DNA from: a virus
IMG/VR virus record: IMGVR_UViG_3300010354_000051
Coordinates: 1-64,000 of that record
Length of the DNA stretch: 64,000 bases
Strand: one strand, 5' to 3'
Shown: positions 34,798 to 43,415 of the stretch, piece by piece
How positions within the stretch are numbered: position 1 is the stretch's first letter
How the letters are laid out: each line of letters starts with the position of its first letter
Notes under the pieces: generated by a model
Told to the model about the DNA's origin: nothing
The model's input: the letters and a program-made list of their open reading frames with translations, nothing else
Databases searched by the model: none
Made by a program: the position numbers and the translations under genes

Positions 34798-36673
34798 TTC
34801 AGTCTGGGACCGGACACGGTCTACAACCCACCGATCGACAGCATTTTCTCTAGTTCCTCCTCGTGTAACTTTTGAATTTGAGAACAGGGGTAGAAGAAGT
34901 AGTCCGGCCTTTCGGTCAGGCAGAGTAACCTTTGTAAGCGGTCAGCAGCTAAATAAGTCAAGAGACGAGGTAATTAACCAGAACTACGACTCGAACTCCT
35001 TTCACTCAATCTCCAATACATATACCCCGGCTACGTTACTTCCAGAGACCGGAGATGTGTACTTTCACGGAGTTAGAACAGAGTCCGGGTTAGAAAACTG
35101 CGCATTGATGAACTCGACCTGTATCGGCACAGGTTCGGATTCTCAATGTGAGAGAGGGAAATGTAAAATAGGTACTGTTACTGCTACGACTAAAAAGAAT
35201 AAGTGGAGATTCGATTCGGCCACGGTTCCTGGACTGTACTACTATGTATTTGGGACGGATTCAATTACTCTGAAGTCGGTGGTTCGGGGCAGTTTTGTTC
35301 TGCCGGCCGGCCAATCGGCCATAGCAGTAACAAACATAGCTAGCATCCCTACAACTATCTACCTCCCGCCTAACTCTTATTCTGAGGAGACATTTGTAAG
35401 GCGGGTTATTACTGTTGTTTCAGGGTCTGAGCTGAGGGGGATTAAGGACAGTGCTAATGATTTTGTCAGAGAGTTACTGCAGAACAATTTGGCCAGTGTA
35501 GCAGTTGAAGACGAGGTAAGAAATAGAGTAGAAAATGCAATAGTGTCTTCTTTAGATAAAATTTGGGCGGATTTTGTTCTATCCACAATCGCAACTATCT
35601 GGTCGGAATCCGGTCTGACTAACCGGGACTTTTTGTTAAGGGTTTACGAGGAAATGTCCGTCCTGTACCGCAGCTATTTGCAGGTCGGAATGAGTTCTGT
35701 GCGATTCGGTCGATTGAACACCGATCCTGACCAGGCTAGACCAGTCTACAATCGCCTGCCCGGCATATCAGGAGCGTATAATTCTGAGGACAATCCGGAC
35801 AACCCCTCCAAATGGCTTGTTTCAGGAGTTGACTCCTACCTCTCATTCTATAAAAACCATCTTCTGGACCGGTTTTATAGTTTATACCTGGATTATCAAA
35901 CTTGCTATCCGGGTTGTTTAGATTGGATAGGGCAGCACCTTGGGTACAGTTCGGAATTTTGGAAGCTGAGTTGGGATTCGTCCATTAAAAGAGCATTGAT
36001 AGCTAATGCCCATGTCAACAGAATTCAGGGGCAGATGTGGCAGACTTCGGACACGTTAAAGAAAATAGATTTGTCAGTCATAGAGACAATAAATGCCAAT
36101 TCGTTTACCGGAGTTGTAACCACTCAAGCTAGACATTTTAAGAGGCAGTATTATAGCTCTTACCAGGCAACCTATCTCACTCAAGAGTTGAACCTGACTG
36201 TCAGTTTAGCAAACTGGAATGGTATTTTGCCCGGAAAAGGTTCATTGACTACTTTAATGGTCTTGTTCTCGATATTTAATATCAAGGCGGTTTCCGGAGA
36301 AGAGCTTAAGTACAACTCTGACGGGACATACTCTGTCAAAAGCGGGCTTAGGCAGTATGAAGTCTCCGCCCCGATAAACACCCCGTACATGGTTGATAAT
36401 CTGCGTGTCGGGACTGAAACAGATTCAGAGGTGGGGAACTTCCCTAATCAGCTTGTGGCTGATCTTAGCAGATTTTATGACGATACCGCAGCTAATACGG
36501 TAGTCATTCGCATGCCTTTCTACTATAATAGAAATGGCAGAACTTGGAATTCTGTCCAGTCTATCGTTGATAACTTCGTGCCGACTAGTTCTGTTAGCCG
36601 AGTTCAATACGCTTACTCTGCGGCCGATTTGATGGTCGCCGGAGACTACTTCTTCGAGCCTATTATCGACTAA
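34784..36673 (+). CDS. Baseplate wedge protein (P2 gpI / phage tail protein-like)
   Basis: RLPG.., YLDYQTC.PGCLDWIGQHLG..W..KRALI..A and GKGSLTTL; follows baseplate J. Confidence 0.65.
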   Translation: MNLSNSVWDRTRSTTHRSTAFSLVPPRVTFEFENRGRRSSPAFRSGRVTFVSGQQLNKSRDEVINQNYDSNSFHSISNTYTPATLLPETGDVYFHGVRTESGLENCALMNSTCIGTGSDSQCERGKCKIGTVTATTKKNKWRFDSATVPGLYYYVFGTDSITLKSVVRGSFVLPAGQSAIAVTNIASIPTTIYLPPNSYSEETFVRRVITVVSGSELRGIKDSANDFVRELLQNNLASVAVEDEVRNRVENAIVSSLDKIWADFVLSTIATIWSESGLTNRDFLLRVYEEMSVLYRSYLQVGMSSVRFGRLNTDPDQARPVYNRLPGISGAYNSEDNPDNPSKWLVSGVDSYLSFYKNHLLDRFYSLYLDYQTCYPGCLDWIGQHLGYSSEFWKLSWDSSIKRALIANAHVNRIQGQMWQTSDTLKKIDLSVIETINANSFTGVVTTQARHFKRQYYSSYQATYLTQELNLTVSLANWNGILPGKGSLTTLMVLFSIFNIKAVSGEELKYNSDGTYSVKSGLRQYEVSAPINTPYMVDNLRVGTETDSEVGNFPNQLVADLSRFYDDTAANTVVIRMPFYYNRNGRTWNSVQSIVDNFVPTSSVSRVQYAYSAADLMVAGDYFFEPIID

Positions 36674-39612
36674 TGTCCTCTTTTTTCAGCCAGTTAAATG
36701 CTATCAGCGAGTCTGTAGATCGTACTTTAGAAGTACTCGGTGTGCCTTTTGCCGACCCGTTTAACGAAGAGGGGGTAATTTGTGACGTATCCGATCCTAA
36801 GTACTTGGGCAGAGTTAAAGTAACTACGAAGGACGGACTTATCTCGCCCTGGGTTCCCGTGGCAGGCTCAAGTAGGGGGAGACTAAGTGCTAAGTATATT
36901 GGCACGAGAGTAATGGTATCTAAAATAGGTGGCAGATCTGAGAGGTTGTATATTACGGGTATATTGAGTGGGGATAAAGATATTGGTGTGATAGGTACTC
37001 CTGTTCAGCTACCAATAATCGATGAGAGTGTAGCAGTTTGGTCCGGATCTAGTGATACCGGGATGAAGTGTAATGAGGGTAATGAGGCCAGGGTCTACGT
37101 TCTCAGTAATGAGATGGGACAGGATGCAGTTATTTGTCTCCGCAGGAATAATTTGCAAGACGGCGGGGGTTCTGTCTGGGCGTGGAAATCTCTGACTAAC
37201 GGCTTATGGGTAGAAAAAGGGTTTAATCCTGGCAACGCTGATACCATGTCTGTTACCCAAGCTCAGGAGAATAATCCTGGCATACCGAAATGCGATCAGT
37301 CCATGCTAGGGGAAAGGCATGACTTTACAGAGGATAGGGGGTTCCGAACCATATCCATGCAATGCAGGAGAGATGAGAACGGCGATTATTCGTGGATACC
37401 TGACGGTTCTAGCCCGGTGTTTTTCCGAACCACTCTACCATCTTGTACGGAGAAAATACATGGCATGTCTGCTACTGTAGACGACGGAAATAATTCTGAA
37501 TATATGATATGCCAGAGATACCAAGGTAAAATGAAATGGGTGCGTCAGGGGAGAAGAATACCACATAAATTTTACTCGAAAGAAAAACCACTAAACCGGA
37601 TTGAGTTTCTGAGCAAGTTTAATCCGATCCCCGAATTACAGACTGAAGTAAGTGTTTCAGGGTATGATTGGGTAGCCGATCCGGCTGTTAGCCAGGCCGT
37701 CTTTGACGAACTTTATAAAAATGTGCCGATTACTGGTACGGATCCTGAGTTAAAAATTCTACTGAAAGCGGCTAACTTAATACCCGATTCTGCTTTTGAC
37801 GAGGCCAGCGCCTTAAAACGAATTGCTAATGCGGCTATTGAGGCTAAGACAGGATTGCCCGTACAGGAAATATTTGATACGGTCAGGGCCGAACTCGACC
37901 AGTCAAACAGTTTGACTCCGGCCACTTCAAAACTTCTGACAGGTGTTGGTAAAGCAGCAGATGTTTTGATTAACGGCGAAGGCGAAGATGCCCTGATTGA
38001 GGTAGGCAGAGAAGCCCTGGTCGGGTCTATATCCTCTCTGAGCCCTCAAGCCGGATCGGTAATGACAGGTTTAATGACCGGAGGTGTTTGGGGGGCGGTA
38101 GATAGCGCGGTTGCAATCGGACTGGATAAATTGCCAGACGAGGTGAACAGATATGTCGCCCCGGTAGTAGATATTGCCAAAGACCTGCTGAAAGGCCAAT
38201 CGATAGGATTTTCTAACATAGTTAGTGCGGCGGTTAATGGTGGCTTGTCAAACAAAGTCTCATCGTTAGTTAACTCGGCTATAGGGGCGAATGTGGTTTC
38301 TCCTTCTACAGTTACTTCTGTACTGGAAGGTCTGGGCTCGGGGTCTTACGGAGATGTGTCAAAACTGTTCTCTGGACTTAGCAACTTGTCCGCTATAGAT
38401 AAACTTCCTGCTCCGGCCAATTCTCTGGCCAAATCAGCTACTTCTGCCCTAGGCCTAATAGGTCAAGCCGGCTCCGGAGTTAATTTCTTTGGCAATGCTG
38501 GACTAGGCTTGGATTCTGTTCAGAGCTTGCTCGGTAGTAATTCTAATCCTGCTGCGATCATAGCTTCGGGAGTGTCCGGATTGTCCGGGTTGCTTAGAGG
38601 TGGGCTGGGCGGAGACGATTGCCCTTGTGGTGAGAAATGTAGAAAGACTTCCCATGGTAAGAGTAAAGACGGGACAGATTTACTAGGTCCGTGCGGGTCG
38701 ATGAGTTCTAATACGGCTAACAGCACTACACCTAAAGGTATCCCCACACCTAATAACACTGGCCCGATTGCCAAAGAACTCGGCCTAAAGGATACTAAAC
38801 TCGGAGAGAGCTTATTGCCAGCCAATAATCTTGACCTATCGGATATAATAAACAAAGTTCCGAGAGTTAAGGACATGGCAGAGACAATCTACCAGAGTCG
38901 TTTTGCCGATCAGACAGAGAGAGAACTCGAACTAGCATCTAGCTTTGAGGCTGTAGAAAAGTCACTAAAAATAGCCGATAATAACATAACCAGAGTCGAG
39001 TCAATTGAACGCAAGTTAATAGACTCGTTGTATAATTTGCTGACTTCAATTGTTTACAATAAGAAAGTCGGCTCGGTGTCTGTAATGACAGAGGTCTTGG
39101 ATGCAGTCCGCACCAATTCCCGAGCTATAAAAGACCTGTATGAGTTTACCAAGGCATTAAATGCTGTTAAGAGAGGAGGTGACGCTGGGGTCAGGGTCAC
39201 TGAAGCCCTAGACAGCGCATTTAACAATATCCCAGCTCTGCTTAACCTGTCAAAAATCAACAGAGAAAACGCTCTTAAGATACTTAATGGCGGGATTATT
39301 CCGGCCGATAGAGAGTGGAGGGGGTTGAATCCAGACTTGTCAAGGGGAATTAAGCTAGGCAGTTATTCCCCCACTCTCCCTACTCCGTTTGATAACGAGC
39401 AGACTTTATTCAATCAGACCAGGGTCCTGTCCGAGTCATTAGAGTCCAAGCTAACCGACAACGACCCTGAGCAACAAAGCATATTCGACTTGTCTCTTTC
39501 TTCAAATCAAGTTGAAAGTCTTAAAGAATCGAGTGATTTTCTATACGGGTCGGACAAATCTCTCTACGACGTAGTTTCTGACCGAAACAAGAAAACTAAT
39601 TGCAATGAATAA
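36673..39612 (+). CDS. Central spike protein (gpV/gp5 OB-fold) with a long C-terminal extension
   Basis: GVICDVSDPKYLGRVKV..SPWVPV..G.RV.V OB-fold signature at the N-terminus. Confidence 0.7.
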   Translation: MSSFFSQLNAISESVDRTLEVLGVPFADPFNEEGVICDVSDPKYLGRVKVTTKDGLISPWVPVAGSSRGRLSAKYIGTRVMVSKIGGRSERLYITGILSGDKDIGVIGTPVQLPIIDESVAVWSGSSDTGMKCNEGNEARVYVLSNEMGQDAVICLRRNNLQDGGGSVWAWKSLTNGLWVEKGFNPGNADTMSVTQAQENNPGIPKCDQSMLGERHDFTEDRGFRTISMQCRRDENGDYSWIPDGSSPVFFRTTLPSCTEKIHGMSATVDDGNNSEYMICQRYQGKMKWVRQGRRIPHKFYSKEKPLNRIEFLSKFNPIPELQTEVSVSGYDWVADPAVSQAVFDELYKNVPITGTDPELKILLKAANLIPDSAFDEASALKRIANAAIEAKTGLPVQEIFDTVRAELDQSNSLTPATSKLLTGVGKAADVLINGEGEDALIEVGREALVGSISSLSPQAGSVMTGLMTGGVWGAVDSAVAIGLDKLPDEVNRYVAPVVDIAKDLLKGQSIGFSNIVSAAVNGGLSNKVSSLVNSAIGANVVSPSTVTSVLEGLGSGSYGDVSKLFSGLSNLSAIDKLPAPANSLAKSATSALGLIGQAGSGVNFFGNAGLGLDSVQSLLGSNSNPAAIIASGVSGLSGLLRGGLGGDDCPCGEKCRKTSHGKSKDGTDLLGPCGSMSSNTANSTTPKGIPTPNNTGPIAKELGLKDTKLGESLLPANNLDLSDIINKVPRVKDMAETIYQSRFADQTERELELASSFEAVEKSLKIADNNITRVESIERKLIDSLYNLLTSIVYNKKVGSVSVMTEVLDAVRTNSRAIKDLYEFTKALNAVKRGGDAGVRVTEALDSAFNNIPALLNLSKINRENALKILNGGIIPADREWRGLNPDLSRGIKLGSYSPTLPTPFDNEQTLFNQTRVLSESLESKLTDNDPEQQSIFDLSLSSNQVESLKESSDFLYGSDKSLYDVVSDRNKKTNCNE
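39511..39518 (+). promoter_or_regulatory. Candidate late promoter GTTGAAAG-N6-AG for terL
   Basis: Full extended motif inside the 3' end of the spike gene, 86 nt upstream of terL. Confidence 0.55.
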
Positions 39613-41185
39613 ATCTGAGCTGGTTAAAGAAAAAGCGCTGGTAAAAGAGATGATGGCCAGGGCAGATAATTTGTCCTTTGAAGAAAAACGAGAGTTGCTG
39701 AGGTTAAGGTGTCGGACCGAATTCATCACCTATGCAAAGTACATAACACGGCAAGTGGGGACTAGCGGAATCTTTAACCCGTTTCCAGTTCACGAGCTGA
39801 TATGTAGTTATGTGCAGGAGATTTGCGACGGTAATAAAGACTTCAGAAGAACAACTATATCGCTCCCTCCCCGTACAGGCAAGAGTATGCTGATCTCTAA
39901 ACTTCTGCCCAGTTGGCAATTAGGTAGAAGCCCATCTTCACAGTTTATTCTGGCCTCCTACGCCCTAAAACTCACCCATGAGAACTCTAGGGCGATTATG
40001 GATTTTGTCACCAGCGAAGCGTTTAAGTGGATATTCCCTGAGTGTACGATCAACAAAAAAGATTGTAACCTGAAGACAATAAGATCGGGACAAGCCGGTA
40101 TCATTATGTCAGCATCTGCCGGAGCTGGTGTTACCGGTTTCGGCTTTGGGGTCATATCCGAGGAAGATTTGCCCGGTATTGGTATATTGGATGACTTGCT
40201 TGAAGATGGTAATTCCCCCCAAGTACTCGATTCGACTTTTATGTGGACAGCCACTCAGTTTTTAACTCGTGGCCTGCCAAATAACTGTGTAATGAGCATA
40301 GGTACTCGTTTCCATAAAGAAGATGTGATAGGTAGGTTGTTGGCTTCAGACCCGACCGGTTGGCGTGAATTAAACGTACCGGCTCTGTGCCTGGATGAGG
40401 ATAGCGATCCGCTCAGCAGAAGGTTGGGTGAATCACACTGGCCAGAATTTTTCCCTGTAACCGAACTCGAGTCTATTAAAAAACAGGACGAGAAGACATT
40501 CAATACTTTGTATCTGGGTCGTCCTCAGGGTGAAAGTGGTTCGATATTCAAAGATATGTGGTTTGAACAGCACGATAAAAACCTAGAAAAATACGAATAT
40601 GTTTTTGCTACGGGTGACACTGCATTGAAAAAAGAAGAAGTTAATGACCCGTCCGCTGTTTGTATATTCGGAGTGGTTAAAAAGACTAGAAAACTCCACC
40701 TTCTGCATGTTTATAAGGAGCGGATGGAGTTCCCAGAATTGTTAAAAGCTTTGCCGGTATGGCTAAAGACCTGGAAAGTTCGGGCGTTGTATTTAGAGAG
40801 TAGGGCAAGCGGTCTCCCCCTCATTCAAATGTTGAGGAGAGAGTTGCAGATTCCGATAAAAGAAGTCGTACCGACTAAAGACAAGGTTTTCCGGGCAAAC
40901 GAGGTTGCTCCTATAGCGGAGGACGGCCGAGTATCCATCTATGCCAATATCCCAGCTCTGGGCGAACTACTGGCAGAACTCTGCGCTTTCCCGTACACAA
41001 AGCACAATGACTTCGTTGATAGCTTCTGCATGGGATTAAAGGTCTACCGGGACGAGATTATGGGTAGTGCCAAGACTGCCCACGGCGGGAGCAGGATACC
41101 CTTACCCCAGCTCAATCATTCCGGGTCTGCCCAAAGAATCACAGCTAGGCATGTTAGGGGTAAAATCTCAACCCGCTACATTTAG
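39605..41185 (+). CDS. terL: Terminase large subunit
   Basis: Walker A LPPRTGKS, Walker B GILDDL, and nuclease motifs TGDTA..DPSA, LYLES and HNDFVDS. Confidence 0.9.
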   Translation: MNKSELVKEKALVKEMMARADNLSFEEKRELLRLRCRTEFITYAKYITRQVGTSGIFNPFPVHELICSYVQEICDGNKDFRRTTISLPPRTGKSMLISKLLPSWQLGRSPSSQFILASYALKLTHENSRAIMDFVTSEAFKWIFPECTINKKDCNLKTIRSGQAGIIMSASAGAGVTGFGFGVISEEDLPGIGILDDLLEDGNSPQVLDSTFMWTATQFLTRGLPNNCVMSIGTRFHKEDVIGRLLASDPTGWRELNVPALCLDEDSDPLSRRLGESHWPEFFPVTELESIKKQDEKTFNTLYLGRPQGESGSIFKDMWFEQHDKNLEKYEYVFATGDTALKKEEVNDPSAVCIFGVVKKTRKLHLLHVYKERMEFPELLKALPVWLKTWKVRALYLESRASGLPLIQMLRRELQIPIKEVVPTKDKVFRANEVAPIAEDGRVSIYANIPALGELLAELCAFPYTKHNDFVDSFCMGLKVYRDEIMGSAKTAHGGSRIPLPQLNHSGSAQRITARHVRGKISTRYI

Positions 41186-41193
41186 CCCTTTTC

Positions 41194-41550
41194 TTGCTAT
41201 ATTTATATTGCTTACTTAAGGCAATTATGTCCTCAGAGGAAAATCAATTTAAGTACCGGGCGGTAATTTTTACCACGCCGGGTTGCTCGGCCTGTGCAGC
41301 TATGAAACCAATCTGGGCGCAGGTTGCAGGGGAAATGGCCGAAGAATACCCTCAGCACAGGGTTGGTTGGGGGGAATACAACGTTCTGGAGGATGACTGG
41401 GAGTTCCTGGAGTCGTTAACTCCTGAGTCCGGTCAAGGCACTCCTGAAATTGCCATTTTTGATGAAGATGGCCAGCTTGTCGGCTTCAATGGGGACGGGA
41501 TTATGCCTGCCTCTCAATTAAAAGACTTCATTCTAACATCAATAGGTTGA
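41194..41550 (+). CDS. Thioredoxin-fold protein (CSAC)
   Basis: IFTTPGCSACAAMKPIW and GTP (cis-Pro) motif. True start may be MSSEE. Confidence 0.75.
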   Translation: MLYLYCLLKAIMSSEENQFKYRAVIFTTPGCSACAAMKPIWAQVAGEMAEEYPQHRVGWGEYNVLEDDWEFLESLTPESGQGTPEIAIFDEDGQLVGFNGDGIMPASQLKDFILTSIG

Positions 41551-42233
41551 GCATGATTAAAAACAAAAACCGGAGAAAATCCGAGTACGAGATTACTAGG
41601 GACAAGCACATCAAAGAGTGTATGTGGAAGGCTACCCATGCCGCACGCAAAGTCTCATCTTTCTCCGGAGTACCTTTTGACGAGCTGAGATCGGTGGCTT
41701 TGGAGGCCATGGTCAAATTGTATGACAAATGGGATCCGGAAAAGGCCAACTTCAGCACTTGGCTTAACCGCTCCCTCACCTTTCAACTCCTGAACTATTT
41801 GAGAGATTCCTCTCGAATGGTAAAAATGCCTCGGATATATGCCGATACATATATGCGGATTAGGAAAGTGATTTCTCGAACTCCTGAAATCAGCAACAAA
41901 GAGTTGTCAGAAATGACCGGTATTGACGAACTGGTTATTCAAGAGACCCGGAGTGCGTTTCAAGTTGTCTATCAGGAAATCAATGAGGATACGGAAATAC
42001 CGGCCAATCCCGAGTCTACTGAAGAAGACTCTTTGTCGGCCATGTTTGAGGACTACAAAGATGTCTTGGACAGGCTATCTTCTCTGCCCACTGAAGATTA
42101 CAATTTCCTCACTGATGTTTACATACACCATCGGGCTCAGTCCACTCTGTTTCGAAAGTATGCCGGGATTAATAAACCTGAGCATATACAGGAAAGAGCA
42201 GACAGGTTGATACAGGCAGTGTTAAATGGCTAA
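41547..42233 (+). CDS. Phage RNA polymerase sigma factor (SigF/SigB-like, group 3)
   Basis: Region 2: DELRSVALEAMVKLYDKWDPEKANFSTW..LLNYLRDSSRMVKMPR. Region 3 HTH: ELSEMTGI. Confidence 0.85.
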   Translation: MSMIKNKNRRKSEYEITRDKHIKECMWKATHAARKVSSFSGVPFDELRSVALEAMVKLYDKWDPEKANFSTWLNRSLTFQLLNYLRDSSRMVKMPRIYADTYMRIRKVISRTPEISNKELSEMTGIDELVIQETRSAFQVVYQEINEDTEIPANPESTEEDSLSAMFEDYKDVLDRLSSLPTEDYNFLTDVYIHHRAQSTLFRKYAGINKPEHIQERADRLIQAVLNG

Positions 42234-42912
42234 GTTTGTAGAGCTGAACGGAACTCGGTTTAACAAGACCGGGTTTGGCAAAAAATGGTCGGGCATTGTG
42301 ACTTCGTATGAGGTTGGAGTGACGTTGAGTGGGGAGGATAAAGAGTTTATCCAAGCGGTGTGCAGCAAGATAAGTAGGTTAAAGGAGTTATCTGAAAGAA
42401 GCGGGGTGGAGTTTTTGGTAACTAATAAGGTGTTTAATGGTAAGAGAGTAAAGGGGATTGTTTTGGTTACTCCTAACTCTAAACACCATGTCTGGGTTAG
42501 TAAAAGTTACGCTACCAGTGTGCTGTTCCCCAAACTATTTCTGCCCGACCCGGCCAAAACCAATAGAAAAAATGTTATTCGGGCTTTGAGAGACATAGTA
42601 GAGCCTCAGATAAAGCAGTATAGGCTATCTTTGAAAGGCAATTTGGTAATCAAGTCGGCAGCGACAGGCCAGCCTATACTCGGTGCTTATCATGTAGACC
42701 ATGTCTACCCGTTTATCCGACTTGTTGAGGAATGGTGCAGGGAGAATGAGCACGATTTGGAGAAGTTGGAAGTAGTGTGCAGAGGTACGTCTTGCAGGTT
42801 AAAAGATACAAGTATTGCCGAGAGCTGGTTTGACTATCACTTGCTAAATGCCAAGCTTCAAGTTTTAGACGCGGCTGAGAATGTTAAAAAAGGATCTAAG
42901 TATTTTGGTTAG
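42226..42912 (+). CDS. DUF3223 / DCL-like protein with a C-terminal HNH-like motif
   Basis: N-terminal V.LNG.RF..Y..G..LSGEDKEF pattern; C-terminal HVDHVYPF..WFDYH..LQVL..ENVKK. Confidence 0.55.
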   Translation: MAKFVELNGTRFNKTGFGKKWSGIVTSYEVGVTLSGEDKEFIQAVCSKISRLKELSERSGVEFLVTNKVFNGKRVKGIVLVTPNSKHHVWVSKSYATSVLFPKLFLPDPAKTNRKNVIRALRDIVEPQIKQYRLSLKGNLVIKSAATGQPILGAYHVDHVYPFIRLVEEWCRENEHDLEKLEVVCRGTSCRLKDTSIAESWFDYHLLNAKLQVLDAAENVKKGSKYFG

Positions 42913-43414
42913 AGGATAGCAGATCTTCTAATAGGCGGTTTGCTTCTAAGGCCAGGTAGTCCTCTATGCTTTTTTGTGGCGCGGAGATTCGGCTGAGCCA
43001 CGGGCGGTTTTCATCTACTTTCGGACTGGTATATAGGCTGTAGACAGGTTTGGCCTCAAGGCCGACTAAAGTACTCTCTTTTCCCGCCCCATACTTGTTT
43101 TTCAAGTATTGTAGGATTGGGGAATTTTCTCCGCCTTTTTCTAGTTGAGACTCCAGGCCTTTCAAAGACCGTTGAAGTTTCAGGAATAACTTGTCGCCTT
43201 CATTATTCGAGTCGACTTCAGCCGTCATCGACCCTATTGAGTTAACGTAATTAGACAGGTTATGGCTTATTTCTTTTGTAAACCCGTCTGTTACCGTTCT
43301 TAGGAACTCAACACGTACAGCCTCCTGAGCCTGCCCTATAACGGCAGACTTTATAATCTGTTTTAATGACTGCTCGACTACGTCAATGACCAGGGTTGAT
43401 AAGAGCGGGTTCAT
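42896..43414 (-). CDS. Hypothetical protein
   Basis: 172-aa ORF co-oriented with and abutting the hub-lysin gene. Confidence 0.7.
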   Translation of the reverse strand: MNPLLSTLVIDVVEQSLKQIIKSAVIGQAQEAVRVEFLRTVTDGFTKEISHNLSNYVNSIGSMTAEVDSNNEGDKLFLKLQRSLKGLESQLEKGGENSPILQYLKNKYGAGKESTLVGLEAKPVYSLYTSPKVDENRPWLSRISAPQKSIEDYLALEANRLLEDLLSSNQNT

Positions 43415-43415
43415 G

